From NCBI GenBank assembly GCA_900543595.1, contig UQRX01000003.1, forward strand, positions 7,178 to 71,177: a stretch of DNA of 64,000 nt. The letters are read 5' to 3'. The translations under genes were made by a program, and so were the position numbers. The notes beneath the pieces were generated by a model, which made no database searches, was not told the origin of the DNA, and saw nothing but the letters and a program-made list of their open reading frames with translations. Below are positions 29,643-38,901 of the stretch, in pieces; positions within the stretch are counted from its first letter, which is position 1, and each line of letters opens with the position of its first letter. Source of the DNA: an uncultured Collinsella sp. GTDB taxonomy: Bacteria; Actinomycetota; Coriobacteriia; Coriobacteriales; Coriobacteriaceae.

Positions 29643-30545
29643 CTACGAGACGTGCTCGGGCGCTCCTGCCATGCGAGCCTGTCCATGTGCGCGGAGGCGC
29701 GGAAGCTCGACGGTTGCCACCATGACGCCGGTGAGGATAAGGGCGGCGCCAAAGAAGGCGATGGAGCTCAGGACCTCGCCGACCAGGAAGAACGAAAAGA
29801 CGGCGGAGCAGACCGGTTCGAGCGAGAAAGCGAAGCCGGTGGTCTCGGCAGGCACGTGGGGCTGCACGAGCGTCTGGGTGATAAAGCCATAGGCAGAGCA
29901 GATGAGTGCGAGCGCGACGACGACCACGATCTCGCTCGGCGTGCCGGGAAGCGTGAAACCGCCAAAGGTGAATGCGGCGATACCCGAGAACAAGCCGCCA
30001 AAGCCCAGCTGCCAAACGCCCAAAGCCAGCGGGTCGACATCTTCGACAAAGCGCTTGGCGACAATGATGTGTCCGGCATAGACAAAGGCGGAGAGCAGCA
30101 TGATGAGCGCGCCCGGGTTCAGGCTGGTGAAGTCGGCGCCCGAGAGCAGTAGCATGCCGCAGGTGACGATGGTGGTGCCGACGAGCACCTTGCGCTCGGG
30201 GGCGCGGCGCAGCAGGGCGGCGTTGGCAAACGGCACGATCACGACCGTCAGGCTCTGCAAAAAGCCGGCAGTGGAGGCAGAGGTGAGGCTGGAGCCCAGG
30301 CACATGCAGGTGAGCTCGGTTGCCATGATGGCGCCGATGATGGCGGCGCGAACCATAAGGTCGCGGTTGATACGGAAAGCGCGCTTGTGGAAGAGCAGCA
30401 GGCAGGCAACAAAGGCGATGATGCAGCGTAGCGCAACGATGCTCGTGGCGTTCATGCTGTCCATGCCGATCTTCATAAGGGGGTACGAAAAGCCCCATGC
30501 TACGGGAACGGAAAATGAGAGCGCGATTGCTTTTTTGCGATCCAT
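29643..30545 (-). CDS. EamA/DMT-family transporter
   Basis: Ten-TM, two EamA halves, divergent from a LysR regulator. Confidence 0.75.
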   Translation of the reverse strand: MDRKKAIALSFSVPVAWGFSYPLMKIGMDSMNATSIVALRCIIAFVACLLLFHKRAFRINRDLMVRAAIIGAIMATELTCMCLGSSLTSASTAGFLQSLTVVIVPFANAALLRRAPERKVLVGTTIVTCGMLLLSGADFTSLNPGALIMLLSAFVYAGHIIVAKRFVEDVDPLALGVWQLGFGGLFSGIAAFTFGGFTLPGTPSEIVVVVALALICSAYGFITQTLVQPHVPAETTGFAFSLEPVCSAVFSFFLVGEVLSSIAFFGAALILTGVMVATVELPRLRAHGQARMAGAPEHVS

Positions 30546-30703
30546 GGGACTCCTTTTGTTACAGAACGGTTTCGTAAAAAGGATTCTGCTCCCAGATGTG
30601 GATGTAGTAAAGCGAATGTATCTTCAGTATGATTAAGAAATGCTAATGTAGGTAGAAAAAGCCCTGGCAAAACGTTTTACGGCTGCATTGATGTGGAGGC
30701 ACA

Positions 30704-31570
30704 ATGGCATCGCGATATCAGATCGTTTGTATGGTGGTCGACTGCGGAAGTCTTAAGGGCGCGGCGGACGAGCTGGGCTATACGCAAAGTGCGGTGAGCC
30801 AGGCCGTCAAGGCGCTTGAACGCGAGCTGGGTACCACGCTTATCGAGCGCGGAAAACAGGGTGTGTCGCTTACGCGCGATGGCAAGCAGTATCTGCCGTA
30901 TCTGCGACAGATCGTAACTGCCGAGGCCGAGCTCGAGGGCAAGCGCCAGGAGCTGCTGGGACTTTCCTCGACTGATATTCGTATTGCGACGTTTACCAAC
31001 GTGAGTCGAACCGTGTTGCCGCGCGTGATCCGCGACTTTGGGGCCCTGCACCCGGGCGTACACTTTACCCTCAAGCAGGGCGATTACACGCGCAACGCCC
31101 AGTGGGTGCACGATGGCGTGGTTGATTTTTGTTTTACGGCACGCGGATTTACCGCTGGGCTCGAGAAGCGTGTGGTCTATCACGACGAGTTGGTGGCATT
31201 GTTGCCGGCGGCGCATCCTCTGACGGCAAAGGAAAAGGTGACACTCGCTGACCTAGCGTCCGAGCCGTTTGTGCTGCTGGATGAAGGCGAACAGAGCCTG
31301 GTGCTCGATGCATTCGCGGCGCATGGGCTGTCGCCGCACGTGACGAGCGAGGTGACCGACGACTACACCATCATGGCGATGGTCGAGGAGGGCCTAGGCG
31401 TGAGTATGCTTTATCGCCGTACCGTTGAGGGCGTGCAAGCCGATATCCGTGTGCGGCCTATCGTGCATGCCCCCTCGCGCGACGTGGTGGCCGCCTGGCG
31501 CAGCTGGGACACCATGCCCATCGCCACGAGGCGCTTTATCGACTATATGAGCTCGCATATTGTCAATTAA
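30704..31570 (+). CDS. LysR-family transcriptional regulator
   Basis: N-terminal HTH GSLKGAADELGYTQSAVSQAVKALEREL plus a LysR substrate-binding domain. Confidence 0.85.
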   Translation: MASRYQIVCMVVDCGSLKGAADELGYTQSAVSQAVKALERELGTTLIERGKQGVSLTRDGKQYLPYLRQIVTAEAELEGKRQELLGLSSTDIRIATFTNVSRTVLPRVIRDFGALHPGVHFTLKQGDYTRNAQWVHDGVVDFCFTARGFTAGLEKRVVYHDELVALLPAAHPLTAKEKVTLADLASEPFVLLDEGEQSLVLDAFAAHGLSPHVTSEVTDDYTIMAMVEEGLGVSMLYRRTVEGVQADIRVRPIVHAPSRDVVAAWRSWDTMPIATRRFIDYMSSHIVN

Positions 31571-31597
31571 TGACTGGCGTGGCGTTGAGTGCGGTGT

Positions 31598-32980
31598 TTA
31601 GCGGGCTGTCGCTTTGGCTTGGGCGGCGCGATAGGTGCGTGCCGGGTGGCAGAGTAATACCGCCACGACCATAAAGAACGCCGTGGTGCCCAGGCTGATG
31701 GGGTAGACCATCATGATGTTCGCAAAGGTGCGGAAGTGCGGGAACACGCAGAACACCCAATAGAAGCGGATGCCGCAGACACAGATCATGGTGATGAGGG
31801 CGGGCATGAGTGAGATACCAAAGCCGCGCAGGTAGCCGGACATGTTTTCGTAGAACATACTAAAGGCGTACGCCGGGAAGATCGAGCACACGCGGATATA
31901 GCCGATCGAGACGATGTTGGGATCGCTGTTGAACAGCGACAAGATCTCGCGCCCCAGACCGACAATAACGATAATCGTGGTGAGTGCGACGATGCCGCCT
32001 TCGACCAGGCAGACCTTGAGCGTCTTGGTGCAACGGTCGATCTGGCGGGCACCGTGGTTTTGTCCCACAAAGGTGGTGCAAGCCTGGCTAAAGCTGTTGA
32101 GCAGGTTGTAGCACACGTACTCCAGGCTCATGGCGGCGCTCGAGGCCGCCATGACCTCGGTGCCCAGACTGTTGATGGCAGACTGGATGATGATGTTGGC
32201 GACGGCAAAGACGGCGCTTTGGATGCCGGCGGGCAGGCCGATCTTGACGATGCGCTTGAGGGCGACGGGGTCGATAGCCAAGTCGCGTGGGGTGACGCGG
32301 ACGACGGAGTCGGTCTTGAGCAGGCGGATAAAGAGCGTAGCGGCGCTAACGGTATAGGCGATGGCGGTGGCGATGGCGACGCCCGCGACGCCCCAGTGGA
32401 GTACGGGGACAAAGATGAGGTCCAGGCCAATGTTGAGGACGGTGGACACGGCAAGCGCCTGCAGCGGCATGCGGGTGATGCCGACGGAGCGGAAGATCGC
32501 GGCCTCAAAGTTGTAAAGCAAGATCGAGGGCAGGCTGAGCAAAAAGACGCGTAGGTAGAGCGAAGCGAGCGGCATGGTTTCGGCGGGAACGTTGAGCGCG
32601 GCGAGCATGGGCTCGGCAAAGATCTCGCCCAGAGCGATGACGACAAAGCCCACGAGCGCCATTAAAATCGAGGTATGGACGGCGCGTTTGACCATGTTCT
32701 GATCGTTGCGGCCGATAGCGTTGGCGATGACGACGTTGGAACCCAACGACAGACCAATAAACAGGTTAATCATAAGGCTGGTGAGCGGCACGTTGGAGCC
32801 GACGGCGGCCATGGCAAGGGTTCCCTGGTCGCCCGAGAAGTTGCCGATGATGACCGTGGCGATGAGGTTCGACAGCTGCTCCAAGATGCTCGTGGCGGCT
32901 ACGGGGAAGGCGAACAGGGGAATATTGCGCCACAGCGAGCCGGTGGTCATGTCAATGTGCTTAGATGCCGTATCAGCCAT
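31598..32980 (-). CDS. MATE-family efflux transporter
   Basis: 460 aa, 12 TM, with N-terminal GSLWRNIPLFAFPVAATSILEQL typical of MATE. Confidence 0.8.
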   Translation of the reverse strand: MADTASKHIDMTTGSLWRNIPLFAFPVAATSILEQLSNLIATVIIGNFSGDQGTLAMAAVGSNVPLTSLMINLFIGLSLGSNVVIANAIGRNDQNMVKRAVHTSILMALVGFVVIALGEIFAEPMLAALNVPAETMPLASLYLRVFLLSLPSILLYNFEAAIFRSVGITRMPLQALAVSTVLNIGLDLIFVPVLHWGVAGVAIATAIAYTVSAATLFIRLLKTDSVVRVTPRDLAIDPVALKRIVKIGLPAGIQSAVFAVANIIIQSAINSLGTEVMAASSAAMSLEYVCYNLLNSFSQACTTFVGQNHGARQIDRCTKTLKVCLVEGGIVALTTIIVIVGLGREILSLFNSDPNIVSIGYIRVCSIFPAYAFSMFYENMSGYLRGFGISLMPALITMICVCGIRFYWVFCVFPHFRTFANIMMVYPISLGTTAFFMVVAVLLCHPARTYRAAQAKATAR

Positions 32981-33041
32981 ACGCTCTCAATCTCTAACAT
33001 GCTCTTTCGTGCTTATTTGCGCAGACGATGATACTCCTAAT

Positions 33042-33102
33042 CGACTAGTCGTTGGGGACGTTCTTAAACGACTAGTCATTCAAGAACGTCCCCAATGACT
33101 AG
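33042..33102. repeat. ACTAGT-centred palindrome, copy 2 (extended by extra cgactagtc arms)
   Basis: cgactagtcgTTGGGGACGTTCTTaaacGACTAGTCattcAAGAACGTCCCCAAtgactagg, between the divergent MATE and rlmA-like genes. Confidence 0.8.
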
Positions 33103-33158
33103 GTTGGGAAGGCGTGCGACAATGGTGGGCGTTGTGTTGTTCGCGCTAAGGAGTTGCC

Positions 33159-33971
33159 ATGTTGTTGTGTCCCGTTTGCCATGAGCCGTTGGTGGACAAT
33201 GAGCGCGGTGCTGCATGCGCGGGAGGACACCGGTTTGACCGTGCGCGCGAGGGCTATCTATATCTACTGCGCTCATCCAAGAGCGGCGACTCCATGGGTG
33301 ATCCTAAGTCGCAGGCACGCAGCCGTCGCGACTTTCTGAACCGCGGTTACTATGCGCCGTTGCGCGATGCGATGGTTGAGCTGGCGCGCGAACGGGTGTC
33401 TGGGCGCGCCACGTCTGCGAACGGACCCATGACGCTGCTCGATATTTGCTGCGGCGAGGGCTATTACACCAGCGCCATGGGCGCGGTGCCGGGCGTGGAT
33501 GCTTACGGTTTCGACCTGGGCAAAGAGATGGTGCGCCTTGCCGCCAAGCGCGGCGATGCGACCTACTTCGTGGCCAACATGAAGGACATCCCCGTGGCCG
33601 ATGGCGCCTTCGATATGGTGACCGAGCTCTTCGCTCCCTTTAACGAGCGCGAATTTGCCCGCGTGCTGGCTCCAGAGGGCTCACTCTATACCGTGGTGCC
33701 GGGTGCCCGTCATCTCTTTGGGCTCAAGGAGGTGCTCTACGATACGCCGTACCTTAACGATGAGAAGCTGCCGAAGACCACCGAGCTCGAGTTGGTCGGA
33801 ACGCAGCGGGTGTCTGCGAACATTACGCTCCAGACCCAGGCAGACATCGAGGCGGTGTTCCAGATGACGCCGTACTACTACCGCACGCGCCCTGCCGACA
33901 AAGAGCGCCTGGCAAACTTGGACACCCTTCAAACCGACATCGACTTCATCATCGCCGAGTACCGCCACTAA
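33159..33971 (+). CDS. rlmA: 23S rRNA (guanine-N1)-methyltransferase RlmA-like
   Basis: N-terminal zinc finger CPVCHEPL...CAGGHRFD, then REGYLYLL, and SAM motif LLDICCGEGYY. Confidence 0.75.
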   Translation: MLLCPVCHEPLVDNERGAACAGGHRFDRAREGYLYLLRSSKSGDSMGDPKSQARSRRDFLNRGYYAPLRDAMVELARERVSGRATSANGPMTLLDICCGEGYYTSAMGAVPGVDAYGFDLGKEMVRLAAKRGDATYFVANMKDIPVADGAFDMVTELFAPFNEREFARVLAPEGSLYTVVPGARHLFGLKEVLYDTPYLNDEKLPKTTELELVGTQRVSANITLQTQADIEAVFQMTPYYYRTRPADKERLANLDTLQTDIDFIIAEYRH

Positions 33972-34005
33972 CCTACCAAAAAGGGACAGGTTTATTTTGG
34001 TAGGT
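33970..34005. repeat. hairpin family, subfamily B copy (aacctaccaaaa AGGGACAGGTTTA ttttggtaggtt)
   Basis: 12-bp perfect stem overlapping the rlmA TAA, followed by a T-rich tail. The loop is identical to the copy at 50786-50820. Confidence 0.8.
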
Positions 34006-34022
34006 TTTATCTGGGCAAACGT

Positions 34023-34060
34023 AAAGGGCCGACCGCGGAGATGCGCGATCGGCCCTTTTT
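34023..34060. terminator. hairpin with flanking A/T runs between convergent genes
   Basis: aaagggccgaccgc ggagat gcgatcggcccttttt. Confidence 0.65.
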
Positions 34061-34096
34061 AGTTGCTTGGCTGCAGAGGTTATGAGAAGCGAGCGC

Positions 34097-34498
34097 TTAC
34101 AGGCGGTCCTTGTTCTCGGCCTTAACGGCGTGCGCCTGCTGAACAAAGAACAGGTCGTACACCACGATGACAAAGGCGACGATATTGACGGAGCTGCCGC
34201 CGAGCGCGGGAAGCGTGAGCGCGGCCTGGACGAGCGTGGCGATTGCGGCGACGATGCCGAGCTTAAACGCGCCATCCACCTGCGAAGGCTTGTTGGCGCC
34301 CTTGATGCCCGCAACGCCCGCACCGAGATCGATGAGACCCTTGGCGACCAGCACGACCGCGGCGAGCATGGCGTTCGACCCGTACATGGAATCGAGGTTG
34401 CCGGTCGCGATGCCGGCGATTCCAATGACGAGACTGGCGATGCCCAGAACAAAATAAATCAGGGCAAGGATTTTGAGTGTCTTGCGAGCGGCGCTCAT
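34097..34498 (-). CDS. small hypothetical membrane protein (4 TM)
   Basis: The ATG at 34498 gives MSAARKTLKILALIYFVLGIASLVIGIAGI... The longer track ORF has no support upstream of it. Confidence 0.55.
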   Translation of the reverse strand: MSAARKTLKILALIYFVLGIASLVIGIAGIATGNLDSMYGSNAMLAAVVLVAKGLIDLGAGVAGIKGANKPSQVDGAFKLGIVAAIATLVQAALTLPALGGSSVNIVAFVIVVYDLFFVQQAHAVKAENKDRL

Positions 34499-34727
34499 AG
34501 CTGGTCCTTTCGATGCGGGCGCGGAGAATCTGTCGCACCCAGGTTGCGGCACATATCGTGAAGCACATTGTAGTTCAACGGGGCGATGCATGCGTTTGAA
34601 AGCGTCTCTTGCCTGTACGGTCCAACCTTTCAAAAAGGAAAGCTGGACGTAAGCCAAATCGATGGCAGCCCATGTGCGGCGCTGCGATGATGAGGCCGTA
34701 ACAAGGAGCTGGTCTCAAGGAGGAGTC

Positions 34728-34871
34728 ATGATGTACGGAGCAGGGCAAGTGCGTGAGCCGCGGTCGCTGGGAAGGCGCATGGGTGATTCTGTGATCGCTG
34801 CCGTGTGCACGGGATTGATGGCGGTGCTTTGCATTGCGATGCTGTGGGCCATGTCGCATGTGGGACAATAG
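34728..34871 (+). CDS. possible 47-aa single-TM micro-protein
   Basis: AGGAGG lies 5 nt before ATGATG. The product is MMYGAGQVREPRSLGRRMGDSVIAAVCTGLMAVLCIAMLWAMSHVGQ. It is immediately upstream of rsmJ on the same strand. Confidence 0.35.
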   Translation: MMYGAGQVREPRSLGRRMGDSVIAAVCTGLMAVLCIAMLWAMSHVGQ

Positions 34872-34934
34872 CGGACGGTTGGGTGCCGACATAAACGGCA
34901 CTCACGTATTCGTTTTGCTTGTTAAGGAGTATCC

Positions 34935-35639
34935 ATGGGCGTCGTCGATCCCTTTTCTGTTGCTCGGGCCGCGGGGCTTGAGCTGATCGGGAAGTCCGAG
35001 GGCCTCACGCTCACCGACGGCACGATGGAGCTGCGCGCCGATTTCACCCGCATGCTTCCGCGGCTTAAACAGGGCCGTCTGCAACAAGAGTTGCTGGTAA
35101 AGGCTGCGCGCGCAAAAGGCATCGAGCGGCCATGGGCGATTGATGCCACGGCGGGCTTTGGCGAGGATTCGCTGCTGCTGGCGGCCGCGGGCTTTACCGT
35201 CGATCTGTATGAGCAGGATTGCGTGATCGCGGCGCTCCTCAAGGATGCCCTGGAGCGCGCGGCAGATGATCCGGCGCTTGCGGCTGCCGTGGCTCGCATG
35301 CGCCTTCATGCGGGCGAGGACAGCATTGCCGGCCTTCGCCATACAGCTGAGCTGATCGAGCAGGGCGAGCTCGCGGCTCCCGACGTGGTGTATCTGGACC
35401 CCATGTTTCCCGAGCGCACCAAAAGTGCGGCGGTCAAAAAGAAGTTCCAACTCTTGCACCATCTGGAACGGCCATGTACCGATGAGGAGACGCTGGTCGA
35501 AGCCGCGCTTGCGGTGCACCCGCGCAAGGTCGTTATCAAGCGGCCGGTGAAGGGCCCGCTGCTTGCCGGCGTTAAGCCGAGCTATCAACTTGCGGGCAAG
35601 GCCGTTCGTTACGATGTTTTGGTGCCGCCGCGCCCGTAG
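34935..35639 (+). CDS. rsmJ: 16S rRNA (guanine1516-N2)-methyltransferase RsmJ-like SAM-dependent methyltransferase
   Basis: AIDATAGFGEDSLLLAAAG (compare E. coli RsmJ DATAGLGRD) and VVYLDPMFPER. Confidence 0.75.
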   Translation: MGVVDPFSVARAAGLELIGKSEGLTLTDGTMELRADFTRMLPRLKQGRLQQELLVKAARAKGIERPWAIDATAGFGEDSLLLAAAGFTVDLYEQDCVIAALLKDALERAADDPALAAAVARMRLHAGEDSIAGLRHTAELIEQGELAAPDVVYLDPMFPERTKSAAVKKKFQLLHHLERPCTDEETLVEAALAVHPRKVVIKRPVKGPLLAGVKPSYQLAGKAVRYDVLVPPRP

Positions 35640-35687
35640 CTTGCGTGCGATTACCGGGGCATCGCTAGTGCCGTGCCGATGCGGTCC

Positions 35688-35984
35688 CTATTTCCAAGGG
35701 TGCGACGTCAGGTGCCAGCCGCCGCAGTATTCACATTTGTAGCAGGCCAAACCACGCCGCCCGCGGTTTTCGCAGTCGGCCATAACTGCCTCGGCCTCGG
35801 CGCGTGTGTCGTAACGGTTTTTGCGTTCGCACGACTTGTAACGCCAGGCTTCATCGCGCTCGGCGTCTAGGGCGTCGCGGCGCTCGTCCTCGCGCGCAAA
35901 CAGGTCGCTCATATCGCCGCCGGTAGCAGCGCCCAAAAACTCGCTTTTGGCCTTTGACCAGGCGGCTCGCTTTTTGCTTCCCAT
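35688..35984 (-). CDS. small hypothetical protein with a C-terminal CxxC...CxxC-like zinc-ribbon tail
   Basis: MGSKKRAAWSK...ACYKCEYCGGWHLTSHPWK. No family assignment possible. Confidence 0.5.
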   Translation of the reverse strand: MGSKKRAAWSKAKSEFLGAATGGDMSDLFAREDERRDALDAERDEAWRYKSCERKNRYDTRAEAEAVMADCENRGRRGLACYKCEYCGGWHLTSHPWK

Positions 35985-36061
35985 CTGCTTAGCGCCTCTC
36001 TCCAAACGCTGGTATCATTGCTCAACCAAAGTGATACCAATAAACGTGAGGTCGCCGCGTG

Positions 36062-36550
36062 ATGATCAGAAAAACCCTCGATACCGACATTCCCGCCGTC
36101 ATGGCTATCTATGACGCAGCCCGCGCCTTTATGCGCGCGCATGGCAACGCCACGCAGTGGCCCGAGGGCACGCCTTCTGCCGAGCAGCTGGCTGCCGATA
36201 TCGCCGCCGATGGCAGCTATGTGCGCGAAGTCGACGGCCGCGTGGTGGCGACGTTTGCCTTTTTGCCGGGCCCGGACGAGTGCTATGACGTCATTGAGGA
36301 TGGTCAATGGCGCAGCGACGCTCCGTACGCCGTGCTGCATCGCGTGGCGTCCGATGGCACCGTGCACGGTATCGCGGCTGCGATGTTTGCCTTTGCCAAG
36401 GAGCGTGCCGATCACCTGCGCATCGACACGCATCAGGACAACCTGCCCATGCAGGGAGCCATCGCCAAGGCCGGGTTTAAGCGCGCCGGTATCGTATATG
36501 TGTCGGACGGTACGCCGCGCGTCGCGTTTGATTGGCTGCGCGAGGCGTAA
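36062..36550 (+). CDS. GNAT-family N-acetyltransferase
   Basis: About 162 aa with the pattern ...LRIDTHQDNLPMQGAIAKAGFKRAG, typical of the acetyl-CoA-binding core. Confidence 0.65.
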   Translation: MIRKTLDTDIPAVMAIYDAARAFMRAHGNATQWPEGTPSAEQLAADIAADGSYVREVDGRVVATFAFLPGPDECYDVIEDGQWRSDAPYAVLHRVASDGTVHGIAAAMFAFAKERADHLRIDTHQDNLPMQGAIAKAGFKRAGIVYVSDGTPRVAFDWLREA

Positions 36551-36577
36551 GAGCGACGCCTCATATCAATAATTCGC

Positions 36578-36617
36578 GCGAACGAAAATGGTCCCACCCG
36601 GGGCCATTTTCGTTCGC
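36578..36617 (+). terminator. hairpin after the GNAT gene
   Basis: gcgaacgaaaatggtccc accc gggccattttcgttcgc, followed by tgcgctgttttgc. Confidence 0.6.
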
Positions 36618-36804
36618 TGCGCTGTTTTGCAAGCCGGCTTTCGCAAGGCGCGAACCTACGAAAATCGCCGCGCGGCAACGCGGGGCGATGAGCTCGGTCG
36701 GGGGATAGGGCCCGCTTCGCCCGCCGGCCCGTAAATTGTATCATCCAGTGTGGAACGAGGACGCCCGTTGCCGCGTGCGATGGGCTTGCAATAAGAGGAG
36801 AGCC

Positions 36805-38808
36805 ATGTCGAAGCAAGCGGTCGTTGGAATCTTGGCGCATGTCGATGCCGGCAAGACCACGCTGGCCGAGGCCATGCTGTTCAACGCGGGTCGCATTCGC
36901 AAGCGCGGCCGCGTGGACGATGGTGATTCGCATCTGGACACTGACGCGATCGAGCGCGAGCGCGGCATCACGATTTTCTCGTCGCAGGCCGTACTCGACC
37001 ATGGCGATACCCACGTCATGCTCGTGGATGCACCGGGGCATGTCGATTTTTCGGCCGAGGCGGAGCGCACATTGCGCGCGCTGGACTACGCGATTTTAGT
37101 TGTGGGCGCCAACGACGGCGTGCAGGGGCACACCGAAACCCTGTGGCGCCTGCTTGCACGCTATGACATCCCGACGTTCATCTATATCAACAAAATCGAT
37201 TTGGAGAATCCCGGCCGCGATGTTTTGCTGGCACAACTTGGGCAACGTCTTTCCGAGGGCTGCCTGGATGCCAACGAACTGCTGACGGGTGGTGGCGTTC
37301 AGGAAGACGCTGCCGCGTTAGACGAAGAAGCGCTCGAGGAGTTTCTTGAGGCGGGTGAGCTTTCTGTCGCAACGCTGTCGCGCATGGTTGCCGAGCGCAA
37401 GCTCTTTCCCTGTTTTGCCGGCTCGGCGCTCAGGGATCAAGGCGTGGACGAGCTGCTGGATGGCATATGTGCGCTGATGCGTGAACAGACATGGCTCCCG
37501 GAGTTTGCCGCGCGCGTCTATCGTGTCAGCCAAGGTGTTCGCGGCGAGCGCTTGGCATGGGTTAAAGTGACCGGCGGTACGCTGCACGCAAAACAGATGA
37601 TTGGTGGACGTTCCGGTGCCGAGGCATGGGAGCAGAAGGTCGATCAGGTACGCATCTATAACGGCGAAAAGTATGAGCTTGCCCAAGAAGTTGCTGCTGG
37701 CGGTATTTGTGCCGTGACGGGTCTTGCGCACGTTCGCCCGGGGGACGCCCTGGGCGCGGAGCCCGCGGGCGATGCGCCTGTCATTGCGCCGGTCCTCACC
37801 TATACGGTGCTTCCGGGCGAACACGATGTCCATGCGGTGTTCAAAGCACTGACTGAGTTGGCGGACGAAGATCCCATGCTCGGCGTAAGCTGGAACACTC
37901 ATCTTGAGCAGATTCATTTGCAGTTGATGGGCGCCGTGCAACTCGAGGTCGTGCAGCGGGTGTTGGCCGATCGCTTTGGCCTTTCGGTTGCGTTTGAGTC
38001 TGGCGGCATTCTCTATAAGGAGACCATTTCGCAGCCGGTCGAGGGCGTGGGCCACTTTGAGCCACTGCGCCACTATGCCGAGGTGCATCTGCGCCTGGAG
38101 CCGTTGCCAGCGGGTTCGGGCGTGCAGTTTGGCACCGTGACCTCGACTGACGAGCTCGATCTTAACTGGCAACGTCTGGCGCTCACCAACGCCATGGAGC
38201 GCGATCACCTGGGCGTGCTGACCGGTTCTCCCATCACCGATGTGCGCATTACGCTCACGGGCGGCCGCGCGCATGCCAAACACACCGAGGGTGGCGATTT
38301 TCGCCAGGCCACGTACCGTGCGATTCGACAGGGACTCATGCAGGCGCGTGAGGCGGATGCTGCGGTGCTGCTGGAGCCGTGGTATCGCTTTGAGCTCGAG
38401 GTGCCGGGGGAGTGCGTGGGCCGGGCACTCTCGGATGCCACGCGCATGGGTGCCGAGTACGAGCCGCCGACGATGGCGGGAGACCGGGCGAAGCTTGTGG
38501 GTCGCGTGCCGGCATCTGAGGTGCAGGATTACGCGCTGGGGGTGGCTGCCTACACGAGTGGTCGCGGGCATCTGTACCTAGAGTTCGCCGGCTATGCGGC
38601 TTGCCATGATGCCGAGCGCGTAATCGAGGCGGCCGCCTATGAGCCCGAGGCCGATCTGCCCAACACGCCCGACTCGGTCTTTTGCTCTCACGGCGCCGGC
38701 TACACGGTCAAATGGTACGACGTGCCCGCCGCGGCGCACGTAAAGATCGACCCTGCCACCTTCCGCCCCTGGCGAGCAGCAGACGCGGAGTTTTTCGGCC
38801 ACATGTGA
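36805..38808 (+). CDS. Tet(M)/Tet(O)-like ribosomal-protection-type translation-factor GTPase (EF-G fold)
   Basis: G1 AHVDAGKTT, G3 DAPGH, G4 NKID. LFPCFAGSALRDQGVDELLD parallels Tet(M) [20 protein letters not shown]. 667 aa, with AGAGGAG upstream of the ATG. The resistance phenotype is not inferable from sequence. Confidence 0.75.
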   Translation: MSKQAVVGILAHVDAGKTTLAEAMLFNAGRIRKRGRVDDGDSHLDTDAIERERGITIFSSQAVLDHGDTHVMLVDAPGHVDFSAEAERTLRALDYAILVVGANDGVQGHTETLWRLLARYDIPTFIYINKIDLENPGRDVLLAQLGQRLSEGCLDANELLTGGGVQEDAAALDEEALEEFLEAGELSVATLSRMVAERKLFPCFAGSALRDQGVDELLDGICALMREQTWLPEFAARVYRVSQGVRGERLAWVKVTGGTLHAKQMIGGRSGAEAWEQKVDQVRIYNGEKYELAQEVAAGGICAVTGLAHVRPGDALGAEPAGDAPVIAPVLTYTVLPGEHDVHAVFKALTELADEDPMLGVSWNTHLEQIHLQLMGAVQLEVVQRVLADRFGLSVAFESGGILYKETISQPVEGVGHFEPLRHYAEVHLRLEPLPAGSGVQFGTVTSTDELDLNWQRLALTNAMERDHLGVLTGSPITDVRITLTGGRAHAKHTEGGDFRQATYRAIRQGLMQAREADAAVLLEPWYRFELEVPGECVGRALSDATRMGAEYEPPTMAGDRAKLVGRVPASEVQDYALGVAAYTSGRGHLYLEFAGYAACHDAERVIEAAAYEPEADLPNTPDSVFCSHGAGYTVKWYDVPAAAHVKIDPATFRPWRAADAEFFGHM

Positions 38809-38834
38809 CAAAGGGGCAGTTCCTTTGTTACATG
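38802..38834. repeat. hairpin family copy 3 (catgtgacaaaGGGGCAGTTCCTTTgttacatg)
   Basis: 13-bp arms. The left arm contains the final ATG-TGA (Met-stop) of the Tet-like gene. Confidence 0.85.
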
Positions 38835-38901
38835 CTATTGGTATAACTCGGTACAAGTTGGTATAACTATTACCAGGGTTTGCCAATCCGAGGAGGCCGA
38901 C

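Noticed and set aside
30559-30577. LysR T-N11-A box (TTAC-N11-GTAA) between the EamA and LysR genes.
   Set aside because: It fits the loose consensus, but such a pattern is too degenerate to support a feature call without comparative data.
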